Source: Desulfatiglandales bacterium (lineage in GTDB: Bacteria > Desulfobacterota > DSM-4660 > Desulfatiglandales > Desulfatiglandaceae). Taken from it: DNA of 64,000 bases. Positions 38,937 through 47,708 of the stretch are shown in pieces. The notes under the pieces were generated by a model. That model was given only the letters and a program-made list of their open reading frames with translations, did no database searches and was not told where the DNA came from. Numbering within the stretch: position 1 is the stretch's first letter; every line of letters begins with the position of its first letter. The position numbers were made by a program, and so were the translations under genes. The DNA lies in assembly GCA_963666345.1 (NCBI GenBank), contig OY762721.1:1056001-1120000 (forward strand), in the 5' to 3' direction.

Positions 38937-40319
38937 TTATCCCTCATCAAGCGCCATTTTCCCTGGATTAAGAATATTTTTGGGGTCAACCATCCTCTTG
39001 ATACTTCGCATTACATCCATGGCCACATCGTCATGTTCCCAGCACATGTAGCGTGCCTTCTGCATTCCTATGCCATGCTCTCCGGTCAGCGTGCCGCCCA
39101 GCTCAATCGCCATTCTGAAAAGATCATCGCTGGCAGCCCTTTTGGCCTTTACCTGATCCTGGTCATATCCGTCGTATACAAACTGTGGGTGAAGGTTTCC
39201 ATCCCCTGCGTGACCATATGTTGCTATCATTATGTTATGTTTTTTGGAGATCTCCTGTATGCCCTTCAATGCTTCGGCCAGTCTGCTCATAGGAACCGTG
39301 ACATCCTCAAGCACCTGGTGGGTCTTGAGCCTGGCAAGGACCGCGTAAGCCGACTTTCTGGCCGCCCACAGACCGGCTGCCTCATCCTTGGACTGGGCCT
39401 GTTTAATCTCTTTGGCGTTGTTGGCCTTGAAGACCTCCAGGACCTTTGACATCTGATAATCGGTTTCTTCCTGGGTATAACCGTCGGTCTCCGAAAGCAG
39501 AATGGCATCAACCTCCGGAAGGTTCAGGTCCGTGTTCTGGTTTATGGCCATTATGGCCTCTTTTCCAAGGATCTCAAGAACCGCGGGCAGGATGCCGCTG
39601 TGCATAACCTGGCTTACCGCCCTTCCGGCATCCTCCACATCATCGAAGGTACCGAGCGCGGTAGTGGAAGCGGTCGTCATCGGATTTATCTTAAGCGTAA
39701 TTTCCGTGACAACGCCAAGGGTACCTTCAGAGCCTACAAAGAGTTTAGTGAGGTCGTAGCCGGACACACTCTTGATGCACTGAGATCCTGTCTTCATGAT
39801 TCGTCCGTCAGGAAGGACAACCTGAAGGCCGAGCACATAATCCCTTGTTGTGCCGTATTTGGCCCCCCTTACCCCTCCCGCGTTGGTGGCGACATTTCCG
39901 CCCAGGGTACAAACCTGACTGCTTGCGGGATCAGGGGGGAAAAAGAACCCGTAGGGTGCTATCGCCCTTGCCAGATCGTCATATACCACACCAGGTTCAA
40001 CCACGACCAGACGATCTTCTATGCTTATCTTCTTGATCCTGTTCATGTGATTGAGATCAAGAACGATTCCTCCCTTAAGCGGTATGGCCATACCGGTAAG
40101 GCCAGTCGCCCCCCCCCTCGGTATTACGGGCATCTCTTCCTTGTTGGCCAGCTTCAGGATCTCCGAGACATGCTCGACCGTCTGGGGCCACACACCACAG
40201 GAAGGCCTGTGAGTGTATTCGCTTGCATCGTAAGAATAGGAGACCATATCTATCAGGCTGTCATTGTAGTTCTTCTCCCCTACAATCTCAATCAAGGCCT
40301 TTTTTAGTCTGTCTTCCAA
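38937..40319 (-). CDS. glcD: FAD-linked oxidoreductase, GlcD/D-lactate dehydrogenase family
   Basis: PRGGATG, PPDPAS..CTLGGNVATNAGG, GSEGTLG, GHAGDGNLHP, GEHGIG and LNPGK motifs. Confidence 0.88.
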   Translation of the reverse strand: MEDRLKKALIEIVGEKNYNDSLIDMVSYSYDASEYTHRPSCGVWPQTVEHVSEILKLANKEEMPVIPRGGATGLTGMAIPLKGGIVLDLNHMNRIKKISIEDRLVVVEPGVVYDDLARAIAPYGFFFPPDPASSQVCTLGGNVATNAGGVRGAKYGTTRDYVLGLQVVLPDGRIMKTGSQCIKSVSGYDLTKLFVGSEGTLGVVTEITLKINPMTTASTTALGTFDDVEDAGRAVSQVMHSGILPAVLEILGKEAIMAINQNTDLNLPEVDAILLSETDGYTQEETDYQMSKVLEVFKANNAKEIKQAQSKDEAAGLWAARKSAYAVLARLKTHQVLEDVTVPMSRLAEALKGIQEISKKHNIMIATYGHAGDGNLHPQFVYDGYDQDQVKAKRAASDDLFRMAIELGGTLTGEHGIGMQKARYMCWEHDDVAMDVMRSIKRMVDPKNILNPGKMALDEG

Positions 40320-40376
40320 GGTTTACCTCCTTAAACGTCCCCTGCAGAATGTAAACGGCAGAGGGTCAGCCCTTTA

Positions 40377-42200
40377 TCAGTCGTGATGATCCTCATTTGC
40401 CGCCGCACGCATAGAGAGCATGACAGGCCCCAAAATTATGTGAAACAGGCGACTGAAGGGCAGGTATGCAACAAATATCCCGGTAAGTATCGCATGCAGA
40501 TACCATATGAAGCCGTATATACCTGTCAACCATGTTCCGGAAAATACAAGGCTGATAATATAGCCTAAAAATGCATAGCCTGAGTTGTCCGGCCGGCCTG
40601 TCATGGCGATTCTTATTCCTTCCAGTATGAAGCCTACGACAACAATCCCTCCTATGAGACACAGTGCCAGTCTGTCCTGCCTGGGAAGGCCCCGAGCAGG
40701 ATTTACCTGTCTGAAAAGGCCGCGCACAAAGGCGGAGATTATCCCGGCAATTATCATCAGCCCGGTCAAATCATATAGGAATGCGGTAAGCGGATGGTTC
40801 TTGTATACCATATCCCAGATAAATGATGATTCCGAAGGATGCCATAGAGATCCCAGAAGGGCGAAAAGCCCCCAGAAAAACCTGAACACAAAGGGCAGGA
40901 AAATCAGGCTGTGTATCAACCAGCGTGTCGGAGACTGAAGATAGAGCCTCCTCTGGAGCAGCACATCAAAGAAGAGAGTCTTAATGATCTCCCCGATCTT
41001 TTTTGAAAAGATCGCACCAAACGCGCTTCCGAGAAGAACTCCCAGTTTGGAAAACGGCCCCAACCCCTCTTTGCCTTGAATGGAACCGGAAAGGAGCACT
41101 GAGAAAAACGCCGCCACACCGAATAAAAATACCAGAAGAGAAAGTATCGTAACAGTATCACCCGCGGAAAAGGTGGCGATATGGCAGGGCATGCACAAGA
41201 CCCCTTTTGCCGGCAGCACCATGGCTGCCGCACCCAGGGTATTGCCCGAACTGTGGCATCTTTTGCAGGAGTCATCGTCTTCAAATTCAATCATCTCATG
41301 AATAGAAAGTTTCGAACCGGTTGATGCAGGCCTTTCCCACACTATACGATTTGTTTTTTCATCCTTGACAGGAGTCACCCCTTTGAGATGGCATGCCTCG
41401 CAGGATACCCCGACATGCGCGTCATGGGCCATCTTTTCATCATGAGGATTATGGCAGCGGGTGCAGTCTCCCGGTTTCTGTTCATGGTGATAGTATTGAG
41501 CGGCATTGGGGTGACAGGTCGTGCAGGCCATTGAGGCGTGAGGCGTTTTTTCGTAATCCTTGAGATCTATAAGAGGAAGCGCCTTTGAGGTTATCTTCTG
41601 CGCCTCCTTTTCTCCCTCGCCGTGGCAGTTGGTACAGAGAGAGACGACCTGTTTTTTGCCCTCCGCAGTAACATGGTCGACCTCTCGGTGGCATGTCATG
41701 CAGGCCTCATCGTCTTCAGAAAGCACCGGGAGTTTCGATCGCTCTTCGTGGCAGGCCCCGCACTGGAGGTGACGCGGCCTGGACGGGTCGAATTCGCCCG
41801 CTGCGTTTTCATCCCGACTCTGAAGGTAGTGGGGCTTGTGACAACGTATGCAGAGGCCGTACTTTTCCTTATCCTTTACCTGTCTTGAGCCATGGGTACC
41901 CGATTCAAGGTCATCCATTATATAGTCATGACAATCCAGACATTGTTGGGCTTCGAAAAAATCGACCTTGCCCTTTTTTACATTCGAGGGATCAGGGTGA
42001 ACGGATTCATCCGAGATGGCATAATGACATTCCTGGCAACCTATCTGGCCATGTGCGGAACTGTGGAATCTGGCTTCATCAAGCACCCAGGAGGCTTCGG
42101 CACCCATAGTCGTAATGAAGACCAACCCGGCAACAATCGCTCCTATTGCACCTCTTTTCATAGCTGACTTTAAAATCCTCATAGTTAATCGAAAAAGCAT
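40377..42200 (-). CDS. Multiheme cytochrome c (11 CxxCH) fused to a NarI/HdrE-like membrane cytochrome b domain
   Basis: Eleven CxxCH motifs after a signal peptide, then TM helices with RWLIHSLIF, GFILEG.R, WYLH and YLPFSRLFH. True start may be 42161. Confidence 0.85.
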   Translation of the reverse strand: MLFRLTMRILKSAMKRGAIGAIVAGLVFITTMGAEASWVLDEARFHSSAHGQIGCQECHYAISDESVHPDPSNVKKGKVDFFEAQQCLDCHDYIMDDLESGTHGSRQVKDKEKYGLCIRCHKPHYLQSRDENAAGEFDPSRPRHLQCGACHEERSKLPVLSEDDEACMTCHREVDHVTAEGKKQVVSLCTNCHGEGEKEAQKITSKALPLIDLKDYEKTPHASMACTTCHPNAAQYYHHEQKPGDCTRCHNPHDEKMAHDAHVGVSCEACHLKGVTPVKDEKTNRIVWERPASTGSKLSIHEMIEFEDDDSCKRCHSSGNTLGAAAMVLPAKGVLCMPCHIATFSAGDTVTILSLLVFLFGVAAFFSVLLSGSIQGKEGLGPFSKLGVLLGSAFGAIFSKKIGEIIKTLFFDVLLQRRLYLQSPTRWLIHSLIFLPFVFRFFWGLFALLGSLWHPSESSFIWDMVYKNHPLTAFLYDLTGLMIIAGIISAFVRGLFRQVNPARGLPRQDRLALCLIGGIVVVGFILEGIRIAMTGRPDNSGYAFLGYIISLVFSGTWLTGIYGFIWYLHAILTGIFVAYLPFSRLFHIILGPVMLSMRAAANEDHHD

Positions 42201-42368
42201 ATCTTAATCACGATGTTACGGTGGAAAATCATTACAGGAATAGTCACTTCATCTAAAGAGATCAGTCAATAGCAGATAGCAAATGAGGTGTCAAGAAGCA
42301 AAAGAGCATGCTTAATCCTCACTTTTCAAAATGAAAGCGGGCAATAAGAGCCCATCCCAAGTTTTGTA

Positions 42369-42384
42369 AGCAAGGCGTGTGCCA
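42369..42384 (-). promoter_or_regulatory. sigma54 promoter for the cytochrome-GlcD-lipoate operon
   Basis: Minus strand TGGCAC-ACGCC-TTGCT. Confidence 0.85.
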
Positions 42385-42478
42385 TTATATATGAAAGGTC
42401 CATGACCGGGTAACTGTCTGATTAATTAAGACTGAAATGACATGTCTGATTGGGAAAGGCCGGGTTGGTCGAAAAAAC

Positions 42479-42505
42479 TGTCAATTTTTTTTACACTATG
42501 TAAAA
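42479..42505. promoter_or_regulatory. Upstream activator site
   Basis: TGTCAA-N5-TTTACA-N2-ATGTAAAA, 95 bp from the -24 element exactly as at 29977. Confidence 0.65.
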
Positions 42506-42664
42506 AGGCAGGGCATTCTATCTGAACCGCCGAGCATGAGGATCATGGAACATTTAACCTCTTCCGAGACAGGTTGGCTTATTTCATAATAGAATATCTG
42601 GTTATATGCGTCAGTTTGGGAAAACGGCTCTACGTTAATGATTCGGGTAAAACAGCTGCCTTGC

Positions 42665-42767
42665 AGAAATCGAAAATTTCCTGATGGAGAATTCAGCCGT
42701 CTGTATTCAGCCAAATGACCTGTTTTTTTTATTTCTTTTGCCGACAGCCGATAGCTGAGTGCGAATC
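42665..42767. repeat. Dispersed intergenic repeat of about 100 bp, copy 1 (partner 58165-58274)
   Basis: AGAAATCGAA...TTCAGCC...ATTCAGC..AATGACCTGTTT...TCTTTTGC..ACAGCCGATAGCYGAG...GCGAATC is shared by both copies. Confidence 0.8.
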
Positions 42768-42792
42768 CGGCCCTGTTGACCGGGATTTACTT

Positions 42793-43587
42793 CTAACCCT
42801 TTGATCCAAGACGCAATCCGCCATGGATGAAAAAGACCTCGCCGGCCATAGCCTCGTTTCGGAAAAGTTCCGCAACAAGGCTTGCGACCTCATCAGGTTC
42901 CACAAGCCTCTTTATCGGAACATCCTCCAGTATGCGATCAAGGGCCTTCTGATTCATGCCTTTAACCATGGCAGTGCCCACATACCCGGGAGCTATCGCA
43001 ACGCATCTCAGCCTGCTGGAAAGACCCTTTCTGAAAAATTCAGAGGTTATCACCTTCGGTATTACAGACATTGCAGCCTTTGAAGAAGCATAGTTTATCT
43101 GACCCGCCGTGCCCAAAGATCCGGTTGAAGAAATAAGGCATATCAGCCCCTTGGAACCGGAATTTACCATCTGTTCGCTACATTCCCTTATTGTAAGGAA
43201 TACCCCGCTCAGATTTATATCCAGGACCGATTGGAACTGCTCAAGAGACATCTTTTTCCTTACCTTGCCGGATTCCCTGTCGACAGACAACATAAGGCCG
43301 TCCTTTATTATACCCGCACAGGGAATGACAAGGTTTATGGAACCGAATTTTTCAATAGCAAGTAAGGCAAGGGCCTCGTTATCCTTTTCCCTTGTTACGT
43401 CGCATACCATGGTAACGACCTTACCGCCTGCCTCTTTTACTTCTTCCTCAACGCGATTAAGGCTTTCAGGATCAAGATCAGCCAGAACAAGATTTCCGCC
43501 GTGAGAAGCCCATTTTTTGGCCACGGCCTCTCCTATTCCGCTGCCCCCGCCTGTTATTACAGCCACTGAGCCTGCAATTTCCAGCAT
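42793..43587 (-). CDS. Short-chain dehydrogenase/reductase (FabG/3-hydroxyacyl-CoA dehydrogenase-like)
   Basis: TGGGSGIG and YASSK motifs. Start trimmed to MLEIAG. Confidence 0.88.
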   Translation of the reverse strand: MLEIAGSVAVITGGGSGIGEAVAKKWASHGGNLVLADLDPESLNRVEEEVKEAGGKVVTMVCDVTREKDNEALALLAIEKFGSINLVIPCAGIIKDGLMLSVDRESGKVRKKMSLEQFQSVLDINLSGVFLTIRECSEQMVNSGSKGLICLISSTGSLGTAGQINYASSKAAMSVIPKVITSEFFRKGLSSRLRCVAIAPGYVGTAMVKGMNQKALDRILEDVPIKRLVEPDEVASLVAELFRNEAMAGEVFFIHGGLRLGSKG

Positions 43588-43643
43588 TACCCTATACCCC
43601 CCCACCTGAAAAATGGATTTTTTGCATCCGGGACAAAAACGTC

Positions 43644-45059
43644 TCAGTCCTTCTTGATCATCTCATCGTACAATCCCCGCTTGTCAACAACCCGTTTGGC
43701 CTTGAACTCTGTCCTTTCAAGGGTCCCCGGTTTCATCATCTGGACAACCGTCCTCAGGCCTCTGGCCTTGAGCCGGATCTCAAGCCTTCTGGCCAGTTCA
43801 GGCACAACTGCCTCGTCAACGTCAGGGTTGTATTCACTCTGGACTATGAGTTCATCCATGGTCTTTTCCCTGGTTATGACGATACGAAATTCATCCCCCA
43901 TACCCTCAATGCCTCTTATTGCATCTTCGATAGCGCTTGGATAGACATTTTCCCCCCTCACCACAAACATGTCATCCGCCCTGCCGTATATGCCTCTGGG
44001 CAACCTCGGATAGGTTCTTCCACAGGGGCATTCATCATTCACCCACATGGAAATATCACCCGCCATAAAACGGATCATGGGCTGTGAATCCCGTTCAAGA
44101 TGAGTATATACAGTAACGCCTTCCTCACCGTAGGGAACCCTCTTTAAGGTCCTAGGATCCACCAGTTCGGCATAGACCATATCCTGCCACAGGTGCATGC
44201 CCTTCCTGTATTCGCATTCGCTGTTACTCATCCAAGGGGCCATCTCCGCTGTAGAGCCCGAATCTATACATATCCCGCCGTATATATCTTCTATCCTCTT
44301 TTTTGTGGAAGGCACACCTGCTCCAGGTTCACCGGAAAAAAATAGTATTCGGAAATTGAAATCCTTTCTCGGGTCAAGCCCCTTTTCCTTTGCCTTCTCA
44401 GCCAGGTAGAGGCTGTATGAAGGCGTACCGTAGAATACCGTAGGCCTGACGTCTTTCATCCATTCAAGCGCTCTGTCCGACTGACCTGCCACACCCGCGC
44501 CGAAAGGAAAGGCTGTGGCACCGAGTCTCTCAGCCCCTGCAAGAGCCCCCCAGCTGCCCCAATAAAGGCTGAAAAACGAGCCGACAAAAACAGTGTCCTC
44601 CTGGCGCACCCCGAACCCCCACATGATCCTTGCGTGAGCCTCTGCAATGCGTGCCATATCTCCCTTGCTTATGCCGAAGGCTGTCGGTTTCCCGGTCGTG
44701 CCTGAAGTACCCTGCACCCTGGCCAGATCTTGAGCGGAAACGCATAAATTACTTCCAAAGGGCGGATATTTTGCCTGATCCTCACGGATTTCCTCTTTTT
44801 TGACCACAGGAATTTTTTCAAAATCCTCAAGGCTTTTTATATCCTCCGGCCTGAGACCTGCCTTATCCCACTTATTTCTGTAAAACTGGGAACTTCTGTA
44901 TGCATAATCCAAGACATTTTTGAGTTTTGGAAGGATCACCTTCTCTTCTCGCTCTTCAGGATCCATGGTTTCAAGCTCTTTGTTCCAGTAATAAGAGTCA
45001 GATGAGGGTATATAGGCGCGATCATTCTGAGGGGGCCATATGCTTTTCATATACATCAC
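43644..45059 (-). CDS. Phenylacetate-CoA ligase (PaaK) family acyl-CoA ligase
   Basis: GTSGTTGKP, GTPSY, CPCGRT and GRADDM..VRGENVYPS motifs. Confidence 0.88.
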   Translation of the reverse strand: MMYMKSIWPPQNDRAYIPSSDSYYWNKELETMDPEEREEKVILPKLKNVLDYAYRSSQFYRNKWDKAGLRPEDIKSLEDFEKIPVVKKEEIREDQAKYPPFGSNLCVSAQDLARVQGTSGTTGKPTAFGISKGDMARIAEAHARIMWGFGVRQEDTVFVGSFFSLYWGSWGALAGAERLGATAFPFGAGVAGQSDRALEWMKDVRPTVFYGTPSYSLYLAEKAKEKGLDPRKDFNFRILFFSGEPGAGVPSTKKRIEDIYGGICIDSGSTAEMAPWMSNSECEYRKGMHLWQDMVYAELVDPRTLKRVPYGEEGVTVYTHLERDSQPMIRFMAGDISMWVNDECPCGRTYPRLPRGIYGRADDMFVVRGENVYPSAIEDAIRGIEGMGDEFRIVITREKTMDELIVQSEYNPDVDEAVVPELARRLEIRLKARGLRTVVQMMKPGTLERTEFKAKRVVDKRGLYDEMIKKD

Positions 45060-45136
45060 TCCTTTGTGTTTATGTTATTCCCATTTTTTCATTAATGTGC
45101 CCTATCTTCCGGCAATTTATGCTGTTACCGGGGCGC

Positions 45137-45562
45137 TCAACCCGTCTTCTCAGCCACGAGATTCTTTATAGAGGAAACGATATCCTCACTCGATGCCCCG
45201 GGTGTAAAAACCCCGTCAAATCCCATATCATAGAGGCTATTCCCATCATCAGGAGCAAATACACCTCCGATAATAAAAACCATCTCTTCCCTTAGGCCTT
45301 TCTTTTGAGCCTCTTCAATAAGGGGCTTTCCAAGTGTAAGATGTGCACCGCCGAGAGAACTTACTCCGACGACATCGGCATCTTCCTGAATAGCCGAGCT
45401 TATTATCTCACCTGGAAGCGCATTCCCTATGTAAACGACCTCCATTCCCGCATTGCTCAACTCCTTTGCTACGGTAATAACACCTCTGTTGTGAACATCC
45501 AGACCCAGTTTGGAAAGGATTACTTTGATTTTCTTGACCATAAGGGAATTTTTCTCCTCCAT
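45137..45562 (-). CDS. Acyl-CoA mutase small (cobalamin-binding) subunit
   Basis: KLGLDVHNRG (DxHxxG), GVSSLGGAH, GG and FTPG motifs. Confidence 0.9.
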   Translation of the reverse strand: MEEKNSLMVKKIKVILSKLGLDVHNRGVITVAKELSNAGMEVVYIGNALPGEIISSAIQEDADVVGVSSLGGAHLTLGKPLIEEAQKKGLREEMVFIIGGVFAPDDGNSLYDMGFDGVFTPGASSEDIVSSIKNLVAEKTG

Positions 45563-45591
45563 GTTGTTAAATTATGCGTTAGTAAGGCTTG

Positions 45592-47349
45592 CTATTTCCA
45601 GAGGGCGGGCGGAGTCCATAAACCGAATGAATCCTTAAAGACCCTGAACAGTTCCCCTTCAGTACACCTGGCCCTCGCACAATCCACACTGAACGGCAGG
45701 ATGTTTTTCTTTGTCCTGCATGCATCTTTCAATGCCTCAAGAGCTGACCCCACCTTTTCATTGTCCCTTTTCAATCTCAGTTTCTGAAGACGCTCCTTCT
45801 GCATCTGCTCAACACCTTCAGGGTATTTGAAAACATTTATGGGAGGCGGTTCAATCTCCGATTTGCATGTATTATATGCAACAATAGGGATATCACCTTT
45901 CTCAATATCTCTCTGCTGGTTGGAAAAATAGGAGGATATCTTGTTGTGAAGCAGGCCGCTTTCAATACATGCGACATAACCGCCTTCTGTTTCGATCTCA
46001 TCTAATTCATCCAGAATCCTTTTTTCCATTTCATTTGTGAGGGCCTCTACATAAAAAGATCCACCAAGAGGATCGACCACATCGGTGACGCCTGTCTCCT
46101 TCTGAATTATTTGCTGAGTCCTGAGGGAAACCAGCGCGGCCTCCTCCGTCGGCACTGAATAGGCCTCATCGTAAGAATCGACATGAAGAGACTGAACGCC
46201 ACCGAGAACGGCTGCCAATGCGTGAAAAGAGGACCTGATTATATTATTGAGAGGTTCCTGCTGTATCAGAGATACGCCGGATGTCTGGGCATGGCATCTC
46301 ATCCACATGGCCCTAGCGCTTTTTGCATGGAACCTGTATTTCATTATTTTATACCAGAGTCTTCTTACTGCACGAAGACGAGCTACCTCTTCAAAAAAAT
46401 CGCTTGCAGGCGACCAGAAAAACGCCATCCGATCCGCTACCGAGTCCACATCAAAACCTCTGGATATCATCTCATCCAAGGTTTCGATTCCATTTGCAAT
46501 GGCCACCGCCATTTCTGTAACCGCAGAAGTCCCGAACTCCCTCAAGTTGTACCCGTTTAGAGTAATATAGTTCCATCCGGGTACATTTTTCCTGATGAAT
46601 TCGATGTTGTCACATTGGATCCTGAAACAGTCCTGAGGCGGCGTATATTCAGCTCCGCTCCTGATAATCTCTTCGAGAGTCGTATCATTCTGAACGCTTC
46701 CTCTCAATTTGTCCCATGGGATTCCACGCTCTTCTGCCAATGCGAGATACATGGGAAAAAGGATAGCAGTATTGGAAGGGTAATGGGTGACTATTGAAAC
46801 TGTCACTTCGTCAAGAGGAATATCCTTGAAAAGAAGCTCCATATCCTCCACCGAATCAACGCAGACACCCGACATTCCAACCTGTCCCATGGAAAAAGGA
46901 TCATCTGAATCATACATCTGTATGGTCGGGATATCGAAGAGGACATTCAGCCCGGTTGCGCCGTTATCGATCATGAATTTGATACGGCTGTTGGTATCTT
47001 CAGGAGACCCGAAACCGGTCAACTGCCGCATGGTGAATTCTCTTCCTCGATACATATTTGAGTGGATACCCCTCGAAAAAGGCTCCTCGCCTGAATTGCC
47101 CAGATCCTCAAAGTAATCCAGCCCCGGATTGGAAAGTGGCGTATATAGCATTTCTCTTGGTATGTCGGAGCCAAGGACGGTACGCGGAGTTTTCACCCAT
47201 TCATCTCTGTCCTGCTCCCGGACCGTCTCTCTCATCCATTTTTCAACATGAGCCTTGATTTTCTCAAGCGCATCCGAGTCATATAGAGGGGTCCTTTCCT
47301 TTTGCCGGCCCCGTTCCATCAGTAGATCCCTTGTAGTTTTGTGGTTCAT
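45592..47349 (-). CDS. Acyl-CoA mutase large subunit (methylmalonyl-CoA mutase family, atypical active site)
   Basis: EEPFSRGIH..MYRG, TMRQLTGFG, QND, FFEEVARLRA.RRLW, HAQTSG and GGVQSLH motifs. Confidence 0.9.
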   Translation of the reverse strand: MNHKTTRDLLMERGRQKERTPLYDSDALEKIKAHVEKWMRETVREQDRDEWVKTPRTVLGSDIPREMLYTPLSNPGLDYFEDLGNSGEEPFSRGIHSNMYRGREFTMRQLTGFGSPEDTNSRIKFMIDNGATGLNVLFDIPTIQMYDSDDPFSMGQVGMSGVCVDSVEDMELLFKDIPLDEVTVSIVTHYPSNTAILFPMYLALAEERGIPWDKLRGSVQNDTTLEEIIRSGAEYTPPQDCFRIQCDNIEFIRKNVPGWNYITLNGYNLREFGTSAVTEMAVAIANGIETLDEMISRGFDVDSVADRMAFFWSPASDFFEEVARLRAVRRLWYKIMKYRFHAKSARAMWMRCHAQTSGVSLIQQEPLNNIIRSSFHALAAVLGGVQSLHVDSYDEAYSVPTEEAALVSLRTQQIIQKETGVTDVVDPLGGSFYVEALTNEMEKRILDELDEIETEGGYVACIESGLLHNKISSYFSNQQRDIEKGDIPIVAYNTCKSEIEPPPINVFKYPEGVEQMQKERLQKLRLKRDNEKVGSALEALKDACRTKKNILPFSVDCARARCTEGELFRVFKDSFGLWTPPALWK

Positions 47350-47418
47350 TTGAACACCACTCCTTCCGCCCTAAGGATTAGAACGTGTTAAAAAGATGCA
47401 ATAAAACAATTCATATTC

Positions 47419-47429
47419 TGGTGTTACCA
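47419..47429. promoter_or_regulatory. FadR-subfamily operator upstream of the mutase operon
   Basis: TGGT-GTT-ACCA, just downstream of a minus-strand TTGACA (47450-47455). Confidence 0.6.
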
Positions 47430-47632
47430 ATACAATTATTCTATTTAACTGTCAACCCTCTTCTACGGCTGAAGACTTTCGAAAACTGCCACCCGGCTAC
47501 TAAACATTTATATGTTTTTATATCAACATGTTATGTCTCCATTTGTAAAACATTTCAAAAAATATCTTTCCGGCAATCCTTCCATGCAGGCCGTAAATAT
47601 CTGCAGCCCCTCCCCTTTCGCCTATTCGTTAT

Positions 47633-47682
47633 CTGGTAATACCAGTTTTTAATTTGACAATTTCACGGTGTTCTGTTAGTCT
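47633..47682 (+). promoter_or_regulatory. Operator plus sigma70 promoter of the regulator
   Basis: CTGGT-AAT-ACCAG palindrome (47633-47645), then TTGACA-N17-TAGTCT. Confidence 0.65.
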
Positions 47683-47708
47683 TTTCTCAAATTTTTTGAG
47701 GAAAACAA

